Below the pieces are notes generated by a model that was not told the DNA's origin, did not search any database, and saw nothing but the letters and a program-made list of their open reading frames with translations. 64,000 nt of DNA. Origin: Paraspadella gotoi (lineage: Eukaryota; Animalia; Chaetognatha). The first letter of the stretch is position 1. Every line of letters begins with the position of its first letter. Of the stretch, positions 1 through 12,884 are shown piece by piece. The stretch lies in the NCBI GenBank assembly GCA_051294375.1, contig CM119269.1, positions 11,700,883 through 11,764,882 on the forward strand, in the 5' to 3' direction. Position numbers and translations under genes: made by a program.

Positions 1-1015
1 GGAGTCAGCGAACGGTCAATTGTTCACGCATCCCTCTCTCTCNNNNNNNNNNNNNNNNNNNNNNNNNTCTATCAGTACATTCGTGTTCTGTCCGTCGCAT
101 CGCGTCCATTGGTGGAAAAGAGCAACTTGCGGCGACTGTAGCAGTTTCGCGTTCTCGATCTGTTACTGTTCAAGATCAAACATATTCAGGTCAAACACAT
201 AAAAGTCGAACAACACTTCAGGGTCAAACACAGTTCGAAGGTCAGAACACATTCCTTCCCGGCCAGATTGCGTCGTCTTTGAAAGTCGCCGATAAGCAGC
301 GTCTCTAGAAAAGACTTTTTTTCGGTCGGGGTCAGTCTGTGATTCGTATTTTTTATCTGTTATATCGTAAAGGCAAAATATATATTTTTTAAAAAAAAAT
401 TTCTAATTTAACAAATGTTATTTTTTTTAATCGACTCGCCAAATGTCTTCTCTTTCAGTAATTATGGGATATTAGAAATTTATTACGATTTTAATGTGAA
501 AAGGTTTGAATTAGTTTCTGTAACCAATTTTTTTAGTACAAAACGACATGGAAGATGGAGGTTTAAAAAACCAAAAGCCGTAACATGTCCGTTTTGTACT
601 AAAATAAATCGTTACAGAAACTATCAAACCTTTTCATTAAAACTCTAAACGTAACGAAAGAAAGGATCGAATAAATGAATTTAATACGAAAATTTTTATA
701 ATATGTATATTCTTTAATTTGAGGTATTTAAAAATAATTTTAGTCTCAGAAAAACAGTGAAGGAGGCAGAGTGAATCAAAGCACATTATTTACTGCCTTT
801 CTTCTCTGCTAATCTATATCATTATCATTTGGTCTTGTCTTATCTTGTCTTGTATTTTATTTACAAATAAAACTTACTCGAACTTGAACGTAATAAAACT
901 ACCCCTCTTTGTTGAGTAAATATTGCCAAGCATTTGATAACCCTCCCCTCCTTATAACTTTTAAAAAAAAATTATTACCCCCTGTGACACCTCTATGACC
1001 TTTCCTCTACACAGA

Positions 1016-2535
1016 GGTTAAGGACCGGAACGCGAAGAAAATTTGGGGCAACCAGATAGAGTTTCATCCTTACTTGGGTCTCTTACGCCGTCGCCTGGGC
1101 AACTCTGGCGATTTCCTTCCTCTGCACAAAATGGGCGGCGGGCTTTCTACCCCCTTACATCATCATGTGTGGGTCTGGCCGGCGTTGCCCATCTTCTTTC
1201 ATGGAGTCGCCTTCGGACAGGTTGGTTCAGAGTGGGCGTGGGCGCTTGGGAAAGGAATCGAGAACGAGGCTCGAATAAAAAACCGAGTGTTTCTTTTTTT
1301 TCTAGTTTCGCTCCTCGGGGCCAATCACCGATATGGAAATGTGTCCGATGATGAAGGGTCTTGGATACGGCTATGTACTCAATTCATGTATACATTACAA
1401 TATATCGTTTATTCAAACGTACGGGGTAAAAAAATAAAATTTCGGTTCTTTTTTTTTTTTCTCAAGAATGTATAATTAAACTAAAATATTACCGAGTTTT
1501 TGTGAAAGGCGTTTTTATTGGTGCAATTTCCTCGTGGATTTACTACTACTAGAGCCAAACCTTTGTCAATGGGGCTGGTCAGAAGTTGATTGGGAACCTT
1601 TCCAAATGAAAACTACATACATTTCTGAGGAAACTTTCAATGACCAAAATTGCCAAAAAATATTTTAACCACAAATAATTAAAACCAATAATGGATTAGT
1701 TTAATGCTGTCCCATTAAAATTGAAATTCGGTCCGCAAACTAGCATTCTAAATAATTTTTTAAGATCCTTGTAAAACCATTACAAATTGCTAGTAAAAAT
1801 CATCTAAATCCAGTTACAAGAGATAATTTTTCAACATCGTCATTTATTCTATATAATTTATTATTTTGGTTATAACGTTGTTATTTATTTTATCATTATC
1901 ATTTAATATGATCAACCTCCCACAAAAACCACCCAGGAATGGTGACAGTGAGTTGGTACATCTGCATCTACTTTCGCTGTCCTCATTTCTTACATCCTCT
2001 TCTTCTTCTTCGTCATCCTTTGACATCGGAGGTCCCTGGTCATACTTGCCAACAACACTTGGAACTCCGTCAACTGCGCCGTCTCCAGACGCAACGCCGT
2101 CCGACGTCGCGGCGTTCAGCGGCGCCACGCCCACCACGGCCATCTCACGAGTTTTATTATCGGAAAACGTTGCTCAACCATTAGCGACGGTTCGGAAAGA
2201 GATGATTTTTGTCTTTTTGTGGCTTTTTTTTAGCTGTTTTCCGTTTTCTTGTAATTTATAATCGTATTTGTTGGATTTTTTTTTAACTTTTTAAATTTTT
2301 TTTTAAACAATGTTCTAAAGTTTAGGGGCAAGCATTAAAAAAATGGATAATATTATATTATATTTTTATAAAGTTAGATATACCAAAATTACAAATTAGA
2401 GCTCATTTTTATAGAGCATGGACGTCTAAATTTTGAAGCACTTTATTAAGTCATCATTTCTTCGTCTTTTTATTTTTTTGATAATTTTTTTATGACTTGA
2501 TTATTAAGCTATAAATTGAAACCATTTTCTTCTCT

Positions 2536-2571
<36 letters not shown>

Positions 2572-5500
2572 CTCTCTCTCTCTCCTCTCTCTCTCTCTCT
2601 CCTCGTTCTCATTTCTCAGAAATCGGAGACCTCGGCGCACCAGAGTGGCGGTTGACCTCCTTCTCATTTGTGTTGGACCATCGTTGTCTCGGGCTTATCA
2701 AGGGGGATTCAGAGCCTCGAAAGGTTCTCTTACTTTTACGGCCATTTTCCCTTATTTCTATCATGTTCTTGTGATTAGGGGATCCATGCTTATGGGTAGG
2801 ATATTTTGTATGAATGTGATAGTGATGAATGTGATCAAGGGACAATATGAAACCTAAGGATGTAATTTTAAGCAATAATGAATTTGGATTAACGACTATT
2901 TTCCAATATTCATCTATTTTTTTATTCCTATAATTCATTGTGAAAATTTATTATTTTCTATAAATATTTTATTCTACTCATTTATCTATTTGTTTATTCA
3001 TTTCTTTATTATCTAAATAGGGGGCGATTGATGGAATAAAGTTCTTACATCGCAACCAAAATTCGAAAAATTTGCTGATCCCCAAGTTGGGCCGACGCGG
3101 CGCAGTCAGATATTTTATTCGTTAGTTAGTTTTAAAAAACTTCAAATCCATTCATCGAAATAATAAATGAGCAAACGTTTTGATTTTAAATTTTAAATCC
3201 CCTTCATCTTTCAGGACCGTGTATGGGAACGCTAATCACGATTGTCATCTTTTAACACTTTCAAGAAACAATTGTTTACAGGAAACGCCCATAACTTGGC
3301 ATTTGATTAATTGTTGCACTTTCTATCTACGGTGTATTCGCCATCTTTCCGTCGTTGGGTTCAATGGCGTTTCAGGTATCATTGTATTTAGATGCATAGT
3401 TGGAAAAACACTTGTCAGATTAAGTACATAATTGTGAAGAGAACGTAATGGTTTTCGGACCTCGTGACTCGCCTTTTGTCTCTGAACATAAATAAACTGG
3501 GATTCCGACATAGGACTCACGGTTAAGACGAAAGTAACTTAGCCAACACCAATACCATGCTCATGTTCGTTCCACCCTAAATTAGCAGGAGTTTCCATAG
3601 CGGAGGTGGCGTCGGCTGGACCAGGTCTCGCCTTTGATGGTCTATCCCGAAGGCCTCGGCTCAAATGCCCATCGCTCCCTTTGTGGCAGCCTTTTTTTCG
3701 TCATGATGTTCACCATTGGAATGGGTTCGATGCTGTCTCAGGTGAGAGGTTCTTTTCTTCTTGGTTGGTGAATGATCGTTTTTGCGGAATGTGAATTGAA
3801 ACAAGGTAATACACTATTACGGTCATAGAAGGATTTAATGAATAAATTAAATGTAAGTGTAACTTAATTAAACATTTTTGAAGTCAAAGTAGCAGTTAAA
3901 AAAGTTTAAAAAGTAATTTTAGCATCTCGAACAGAAAGGTGACAATATCATAATGATTACAGATCGATTTTTTTCTGATCGTACATATACATACAATATT
4001 CTAAACCATTAAAATTATCCACTTATTCTACTGTTACAGTCGAAACCGTAATTTTCCGCTCTTGCTGGATGAACTTCCGTCTTAGAACGAAAAGGAAAAT
4101 TGGAAATTCAAATGTAGACATGAGTATCATATTTCGAATTGGTATCTGCGTTTTCGATTCTTTTTGGGGCATTCCGCAGAGTACTAATTTAAAAAACTCC
4201 TAAAAATGTTTAGGCGAGATTGGGAATTGCTTACGATGTAATAAATTTAAAACCTTGAAAAACGAATAATTGCTTGGAAGTTTTCAGCCGGCGGTTTTTT
4301 CTCTGTGGGACAAATTTCTCATGTCGCCCGGTTTTCTGATACTTCGATCGTCATCATTTTTTTGAAACGTCTCGCTTTCTTGTTTCATTATTCACTATTA
4401 GTTGTAAAAGCTCTCATCTCTCTCTCTCTCTCTCTCTCTACTCTCTCTCTTTCTCTCTCTCTCTCTCATCTCTCTCTCCAAATTATTTTCGAAAGGTTTA
4501 ATTTCGGTCTTTTCTTTCTTTTCCTTTTTCCTTTTTTCTTCTTCTCATTCTTCAAAAACGTTTTAGTTATTATTATGAGTAATAAATGTTTGTTTGATGA
4601 CATTGACATTTTAGTTATTTTTCCCTCGTTATCGTAAAAGTCCTCAATTAATAGATTATTTAGAACAAGGAACGTTATTACAGTTTCTTGCGCCCGCATT
4701 ATTTTTCTTTTTATTTTCTTAATATTTCATAAATATTATTACTTTTGTATTGGATGTTACGAAACAAGAAACGGAATTCAAATGTGTGCGCTGCAGTGAC
4801 TGCCTTTATACGTGTAGTTTTTGTGACATGACATGCACAGGACATGACCGTGAAGTAACATGACTACATGACTACAATAACTTCCTAAGCCCGTTTATTT
4901 ATACATCACTGTTCTTTTATTTTATTTTAGTTTTAGGATTTCCTGAAGGTGCGCTTGCAGTGCAATTTAGATTTAAGGTTTTTTTAGTCTCAACAAAGAG
5001 CAACCAACCATAAGAAATAATTATGCATTTTATTGGGAAGTAGGACAAAAAAACTAACGGACAGACCGACCGATAGAACCAAACGAAAAGTAACTATTAC
5101 AAGTTGTTCCGCGAGTACTCGCGGCGCAAAATAAAAAACAAAAGCGCGCTAGTAGTTACTTAGATTTGAGGTTTTTTCCTGTTTCAACAAAATAAGAACT
5201 AACTATAGCATATTTTAAGCATTTTTAACGTAAGTAAGACAGACTGAATGAACAGAACATACAGGACTGACGGAACCAAACACCGACCGACAGACCGGCG
5301 ACCGAAAAGTTGCTCCCCCAAATACTCGCGGCGCACCTAAAAATCAGATTTAATTAAATCAACAGTATCAGAAGTTTAGGGAAATGATTCATACATTCTT
5401 TATTGGATTTTTAATGGATATTTTAGAATTTAGATTAATGCTTAAAGTATGTATAAATAGATTATTACGTATGTATAAATTGCCATGATCATCATATATA

Positions 5501-6300
5501 AAGCTAGACTGAAATAATTATTTCTTTTTATATCAGTGACGAGAGAGAGGATTTATTTGCTCAATTTGATGGACAACTACGTCGGTGCTGGGCATCAACT
5601 TGTTATCTTGGGTTTTTTCGAAATTGTAACCATCATGTATATTCTGGATACGACTATTTCGCGCAGGACATTGAACTTATGCTCGGCAAAAAAACCCCAA
5701 TTATTTATTGGAAGGTTAAAAATATCCCTAAGAAATATTCTAATTTTAAGAATTTATAAATTTTAACAATTTTATACAAAAATTAAAGAATTAAGATATA
5801 TTGATTCTATTAAATTAGTATTCGATAATATATAAAAAAAAAATTTACTACTAATTAATTCAAATTAAATTTTGAATTTATAATTTTGTTAAAACAGATC
5901 TGCTGGAAATTCTTGACTCTCTTGCTTTATTCTTCATCACGGTTTTCTTGATAATCAGTATGATTCCTTCCGACTTGCGGAAGATATCACGTCTATCCCA
6001 GTTGGGCAATCTCCATGGTTGGCTCATTTCTATCTCCTCAATCATCTGGTTGCCATTGTTGGCGTATTGAAGGTGAGACTTTTCACGTCCCAAAGTCGAA
6101 CACAGGCATTTCCTTCTCCAGACTTTTTAGGAATTTTCATAATTTATTAACCTTTATTTATTTCTTACGAATAAAATCTTGAAGTCTTTGATTCTGAGAT
6201 GAAAGTTTTACTTTCATTTGAAGTTTTTTCCTCTCGCCCTGTCTTTCCTTCTATATTTCCCTCTTTTGTTCCTTCTTTTTGTTTTTATTCTCTTCTTTCT

Positions 6301-6352
<52 letters not shown>

Positions 6353-7515
6353 ATCTCTCTCTCTCTCCTCCCTCCAGTATCCTTCCTCTTATCAAATCTC
6401 TTCTCACTCTTTCCTTTTCTTTTTTTTCTTTTATTTCTTTTTCTCTTTTTTTTTCTCTTTGCTCATACTCTCTGCTTCTCACTCTCCCATTTCTCTATTC
6501 TCTCCTCCCCCCCGGATCTATCTCTCTCCCCACTCCCTCTCTCGCTCCCTCAGTCTAACTGCCAGCCGTAGCGGATGTGGCAACAAGATCAGATGGTAGG
6601 AGGAGATGGTCAGAAGATGTTGAACAACGGCCGATCGACTGTGAGTGTACCGGTGCGGGATCTTCGCAAGAGCGAGTCACGATAAAGGGGAAAACCGAAG
6701 GATGATTTCTGGTAAGGAGTGGGTCAGGCGCCGATGGCATCCGTTCCTATATCCTCCTTCCTCCTTCTCTATTCGCCTACAACATTCTGGTGAGCATGCT
6801 TCAGGCAATATCAGACATTAGCGCTTTGGATGAGTTGACAGCTTCGGTCAATAGGTGAGAACCGTTGTTTAAAACGGATGTCATTGGTCAGAGTCCGATA
6901 TGTGATTGATCAAAGATCAGGACTTCATTAGTCGAGAGACCCAGAAGAGTTAAGAGTTAAGAGATTCATGGCGATTAGGTTGAGAGATCCTTTCCGCGTT
7001 TTTCAGATTCCCTGATGGGTATTGTATTTTATTATTATTACTATTACTAGTTTTCTACTTACATTACTTACTTACTTACTACTACTACTACTTATTATTA
7101 GCTATTACTAGAAACTTATGCACAATAGGTAAAAGATTGGAATACGATTGATCAATTAACCCAACACTATTGGGAAAAAGACCTGTATGTGATGAGTGAT
7201 TTGTTACTGAATGCATTGAGTCAAGAGATCAAGTCACAACTGCTTTTAAAAGATGGAAACATTATTGTGATTACGATAAATTCTATAATTAAAAACAATC
7301 TATAATTAAAGTAAACAAACACATAAATATTAATAATCCTTTCACAGGAGGAAGTTGATTGCAGCACAGAAACGGAACGAGAAGAAGTATGTGTCGATTT
7401 AAAAGACGAGCGCCGTTTCCAAAACAAGTTCTTTGAGAAAAAAATCAACACAAACTCGCCAAAGAGGAAAAACCAACGCCAAAAATATGTTGTAATTAAA
7501 TGTACAAAAACCTAG
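1016..7515 (+). CDS. SLC6 family Na+/Cl- dependent transporter, multi-exon, many frameshifts (assembly errors or pseudogene); boundaries approximate
   Basis: Exon fragments read across frameshifts: WGNQIEF..SYAV..GN.WRFP..QNGG (~1040-1140), GMVTVSWYICIY (~1935), TAIFPYF (~2740), VASAGPGLAF..YPEG..MP (~3600), YLLNLMDNY (~5550), ICWKF (~5900). These are SLC6/SNF motifs. Confidence 0.8.
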
Positions 7516-7532
7516 TCCCGTTGTTACTGTTG

Positions 7533-7568
<36 letters not shown>

Positions 7569-7613
7569 ACATGGCTAAACACTTCCTCTTTTTTTTCTTT
7601 TGATTGTGAAGTT

Positions 7614-8598
7614 GTGACAAATTTTGACAAGCGCCGGTAGAAATACGCTGTCGTTTGCAAACCAGTGGTTATTTCATTGATTTTAAAATTTAGTTGAGTA
7701 GAAAATACTAAAACTATTTATGTGTTAAAATTTTATATTGATCAGTTAAGATATTCCTTGCAATGAATGGAGAAAGTTGACTTTTCAAATCGGGTTTCAT
7801 TTTTCCAACTCACTCGTTTTTAAATTCAATTTTTTTTGGGAACTTTTTAGTACTTTTTTAAACAAACTATTTATTAAAATATTAACAATATTAATATACT
7901 CAGAAAGCCCTTAAAAATATGAAGAGATTATATACTTACGAATACTGTAGTATAAAATTTAACTGGTCTCCAGCTTAATAATTAGGATATTCAAAAACGA
8001 GACATCTTTTTAAAAAATCAATAAGCTGGAGAGTAAATTTATAATTTTATCAATTGTGATTGGCTATCTAATCTTTTTTTTCAGGCTCTTTTCATGTTAC
8101 TAAAATATATTTGTAATATAAGTACCTTCTCCTGTTAACATTTGATCAAATAGATCATTAATTTAAGATTATCGTAATATTTAACAGTCATATTTTGAAA
8201 AAGATTTAATATTTTAAATAATTCATTTGACACTCTTAATTGAACCAAGGCTGGGCAGCTTACTTTTTAGAGCTTTCGAAAGTATATCAACTCTTCATAT
8301 TTTTAAGGGCTTTCTGAGGATATTATATTGTTAATATTTTAATAAATACCTTGTTTAAAAAAGTGCTAAAAGTTTTAAAAAAAATTGAATTTAAAAACAG
8401 TGAGTTGTAAATTGAAGCCCGATTTGAAAAGCAATTTCCTCCACTCATTGTCAAGGCATTATCTTAACTGATAATATAAAATTTTTAACACATAAATAGT
8501 TTTAGTATTTTCTACTCAACTAATTTTTAAAATTATTGAAATAACCACTGGTTTGCAATGACAGCATATTTCTACCGGCGCTTGTAAAATTGTCACCA
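7614..8598. mobile_element. Long-TIR foldback/MITE
   Basis: About 330 bp at the left end is inverted at the right end (GTGACAA..GCGCCGGTAGAAAT / ATTTCTACCGGCGC..TTGTCAC). Confidence 0.7.
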
Positions 8599-8815
8599 TG
8601 TTGTTTAAGAATTATTTAAACGCAAACTTTTTTTGTCGAAAATTGTAAATAATTGTTTAACTTCCAAAAAACTTTAGAAATTTTACAAGAATTATCAAAA
8701 ACTTTCAAGAACATCAATAAACAGTCAAGAACTAACCAGAAATATTCTGAAATGTCATCACTGTCTTATCACTGCGTATTATCACAGCGTATCATCACAG
8801 CGTATCATCACTGAC

Positions 8816-11800
8816 CTGCTGCTGAATTCTGGGGATTCTCTTCCTCGCGTGATGAAAATCCAAACACAAGTCAGCGTCGATCCCGTGCCTACGTAATTGT
8901 TCATCACGAAAATCTGAAATGTTTAATTTAAATACATTAATAAGCAATAAGCATTATTAAGAAGTGATGATGTGCAATTGTGTAGAGAATTAATTTGTGA
9001 ATTATCTGAAATGAGAATGAGTTCCTCAATCTCACATGAGTCGAGTCTTCCTTTTCATCACGAGTCAGTGATGGTCACCTCTCTCCTCTCTCTCTCTCTC
9101 CACTCACTATGAGTCGAGTCTTCCTTTTCATTCGACGAGTCAGCGATGGTCACCTCTCTCTCTCTCTCTCCACTCACATGAGTCGAGTCCTCCTTTTCAT
9201 TCGACGAGTCAGCGATGGTCACTCTTCTCTCTCTCTCTCCACTCACATGAGTCGAGTCCTCCTTTATCATTACGAGTCAGCAATGTGTCACTTCCTCTCT
9301 CTCTCTCTCTCTCTCTCCACTCACATGAGTCGAGTCTCTTTTCATTCACGAGTCAGCGATGGTCACCTCTCTCTGTCTTTCTCGCTCTCCACTCACATGA
9401 GTCGAGTCCTCCTTTTCATTCCAAGTCAGCGATGGTCAATTGCGTTCACCTACTCGTCTCTCTCTCTCTCTCCACTCACATGATCGAGTCCTATCCTTTT
9501 CATTCGACGAAGTCAGAGATGGTCACCCTCGCTCTCTCTTGCACTGCACATGAGTCGAGTCCTCTTTTCATTCGGACGATCAGCGCATGGTCACCATCTC
9601 TCTCTCTCTCTTTCCACTCACATGAGTCGATCCTCCTTTTCATTCGACGAGTCAGCTTCAGTGATGGTCACCTCTCTCTGTCTTTCTCTCTCTCCACTCA
9701 CATGAGTCGAGTCCTCCTTTTCCTCACGAGTCGAGTCCTCCTTTTCCTCACGAGTCAGCGACGGTCAATTGGTCACCTCCCTCTCTCTCTCTCTCCACTC
9801 ACATGAGTCGAGTCCTCCTTTTCATTCGACGAGTCAGTGATCGTCGCCGCTTCCAGTTTCGCGTCGTCTTTTCTTTCTTCGTCGTCGTGAAAAACGACGG
9901 CCCATCGATCCAGTTTGATTCTTTCAGCCGCCAAAACGTCCCTGAAATGATGGGGAGAGAGACAGAAAGCGTTAATGATATTGTGTAAATCTCTCTTGAA
10001 TTTAAGGAAAAACATTTTTAATGGCGAAAAACAACGAATCATTTAGTCTTGGTTGTTTTTCGCCATTAAAACTGTTTTTCCTTAGATAATATTACTATAA
10101 ACAATAACATTTAAAGCCGAATATGAGGAAATTTAAGTCGTCATCAAAAGACGACAGTTTCGTGGCCACCATTGACGTTGTTTCTGCCCCCACATGGACG
10201 CCATTTTAGATGCTATGATTGACTGTATCATTGAGGCAATATTAGACGAACCTAATTCATCAATTCATTCATCTTGAACTCCATCTTGGACGCCGACTTG
10301 AACGTCATCTTTGACATCATTTTAGACGCTATAATTGACCATATCATTGAGGCAATATTAGACGCTCTTTTCACGAATATAATTCATCCAAACGCCATTT
10401 TATATTTATCTGAAACATCGGACATTAGACATTATGACATTTATGTGTGATGCGTATTTTAATCCAATTGTGGACGCCATCTTGGACGCCGACTTTGACG
10501 CCATCTTGGTCGCCGAATTGGACGACATCCTAGTCTTCATCATGGATACCATCATTAGACGCCATTTTTGACGCTATCCCTGAGGCCATTTACGAGGCCA
10601 TCTTTAATGTCATCTTTGACGCTATCCTCGAGGCCATCTAGGATGCCATCTTCGCCACAATTTCCCCCTCAAACCTGAGAATGTCAATGGCGTCCTCGGC
10701 TCCATTGTATCCTGGTCCCCAGCCCAAGACGCGCGCCAAATCGTTTCCGGTTCCGAGAGGAAGGACGGCGATTGGCGGTGATGGACAAACGGCGTCCTTC
10801 ATTTTAAAAATAAGGAGGATGTATTAGTCGAGAGTAATTCAGATATTTAGATAGTTGGATAGATTAGTTAGTTAATTAGAATGAGTAAAAAATAGACTCT
10901 CTTTAACATTCAAAATCGTAAAAATATTTCATATTGCTTTTTAGATAATTTTCATAATACATAATTGGTCAGTAGAGCGTAGTGAAAGTTACATACGAAA
11001 AATTCTAAATGAACAACATACCCTCAGTGAACATTAATTTGTAAAAAAAATTAATTTTATGTTTTTCAATATTCGCAGTAGGCTATATTTATATATAGTA
11101 CTATCCTTATAAAATCGAAAAAATTCAAAATAGGCTTTTCTTAATTTTGACTTCCTCGTCAAAAGTTAATAAAGAAAATATGAATCATTTTTAAAAATTA
11201 TTTAATTAAATGGGTTAAAAATTAAAAACCTATATTTAATATGCAAAAATTTAATTTTCAGATAAAAATATAGATTTTTTAAAAATTTGATCTACTTAAT
11301 GAAAGATTTTTTTAAAAAAGAGTTATATTTCATTATATCAACTTTTCATGACGAATCAAAATATGCAAAAAAATCTTACAAAAAACTATTTTGAAATTTT
11401 AACATTTATTGGATTAGTACTAGTATAAATATGGCCTACTGCGTAAATTGTAAAATTTATCAACGAATTTTTTTATACAGAAATGTTCATTAGTATAATG
11501 TTGTCCGTTCCTCACTTTTAGAATTTTAATTAAAGTTAAATTTGGAATTTTTACGACGCTTTATTGGTCAGCCCTTGATACTAGTGCGTAGTAAAACTGC
11601 GTAGAAACTGGCATTTAGTACATTTGTAACTAAAAAGGTTATATAAAAAGCCAAATTTTAATTAGTACGGTATTCATTTATTAAAGTATAAAGTAAGAGA
11701 GACTGACTGTCGAATTTTGCAGCATTTGCTTTCGCGTCAAGCTTGCTCACTTTCACGAAAAAAATGAAATGTTAATAGTATTGTATAAATTGTATAAAAT

Positions 11801-12819
11801 TAAGAAATTGAATAATACCTTTTAAAATAAATCCTTTACCTGTCCAACGTTGTCTAAACAAGCGAGGACCCACCCTACAGTTCCATCGCCGCCACAAACG
11901 AGAATTTTGAACATCGGCATTTTCCGAAAAACGTAGAGACTATGGGAAAAAGAGAAGCCTGGTTAATTACTACGTACATATATCTCTAAAATTTATAATT
12001 TTTACACTACTTTATTAGTTTATAAATTTTGTTTAGATTGAGTGTTATCTGTAACACTGTGAGATGAGTTGCACGAGACCTCTGTTACAATAATCTTCCT
12101 CGGTCCTCTTACTTTGTCTTACTTTGAGGTCTGGGGTAACACGACAGCTAATAATCAATCTAACAAAAATTTTTAAATAACAAATAAAGTAGTGTCAAAA
12201 AATATTATGTGAAAGATTGGTTAATAAATTGAATTTATAGATTTAATTGATTAAGTTGATAGATTTTATTCATTCATTTATTTATTCTTCAATTATTTAT
12301 CTAATTATTTATGACTCGATCAATCGATCGCGTGATTGATTCAATTTTTGATGGTGACATGAAACGAGTGATTGTTTATTTCTTCACTAATTTTGGATTC
12401 ATTTATTCATTTATCTATTTATCCATTTGTTTTTATTGATCTATTAATTAACACCCAACCGACCCGGCGAGAGGACCTCCATTCTCCAAGTTAAAAACTT
12501 GGTGAGGATTGAGAAGTTTTCGAAAAGTCGCGATGAGATTCTGACCCTGACAACCGCCGCTCTTCACGTTGACAAAGACGAGCAAGGGTAAGTTATCCGG
12601 TGGAACCATGTGAGGCTTCGATGGAGAAAGTGTTTGGGGGAGAGTGAGTAAGTTGCAGCAGAGGAGAGGATGTCGAAAAAAAATCAGCGATTTAAGTTTT
12701 TACTGACTTATTCTCCTTATCTTTTTGACACCAAAGATCAATTTTAGGGATTTACGAAGAACTAGTTTAGGATAAGAACCCACGAACTCATCTCTTTTTG
12801 ACTATCCCTCACACAGGCT

Positions 12820-12884
<65 letters not shown>

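Noticed and set aside
9030-9840. CRISPR-like repeat array
   Set aside because: Spacers are (CT)n rather than unique sequence, there are no cas genes, and the context is a eukaryotic intron.
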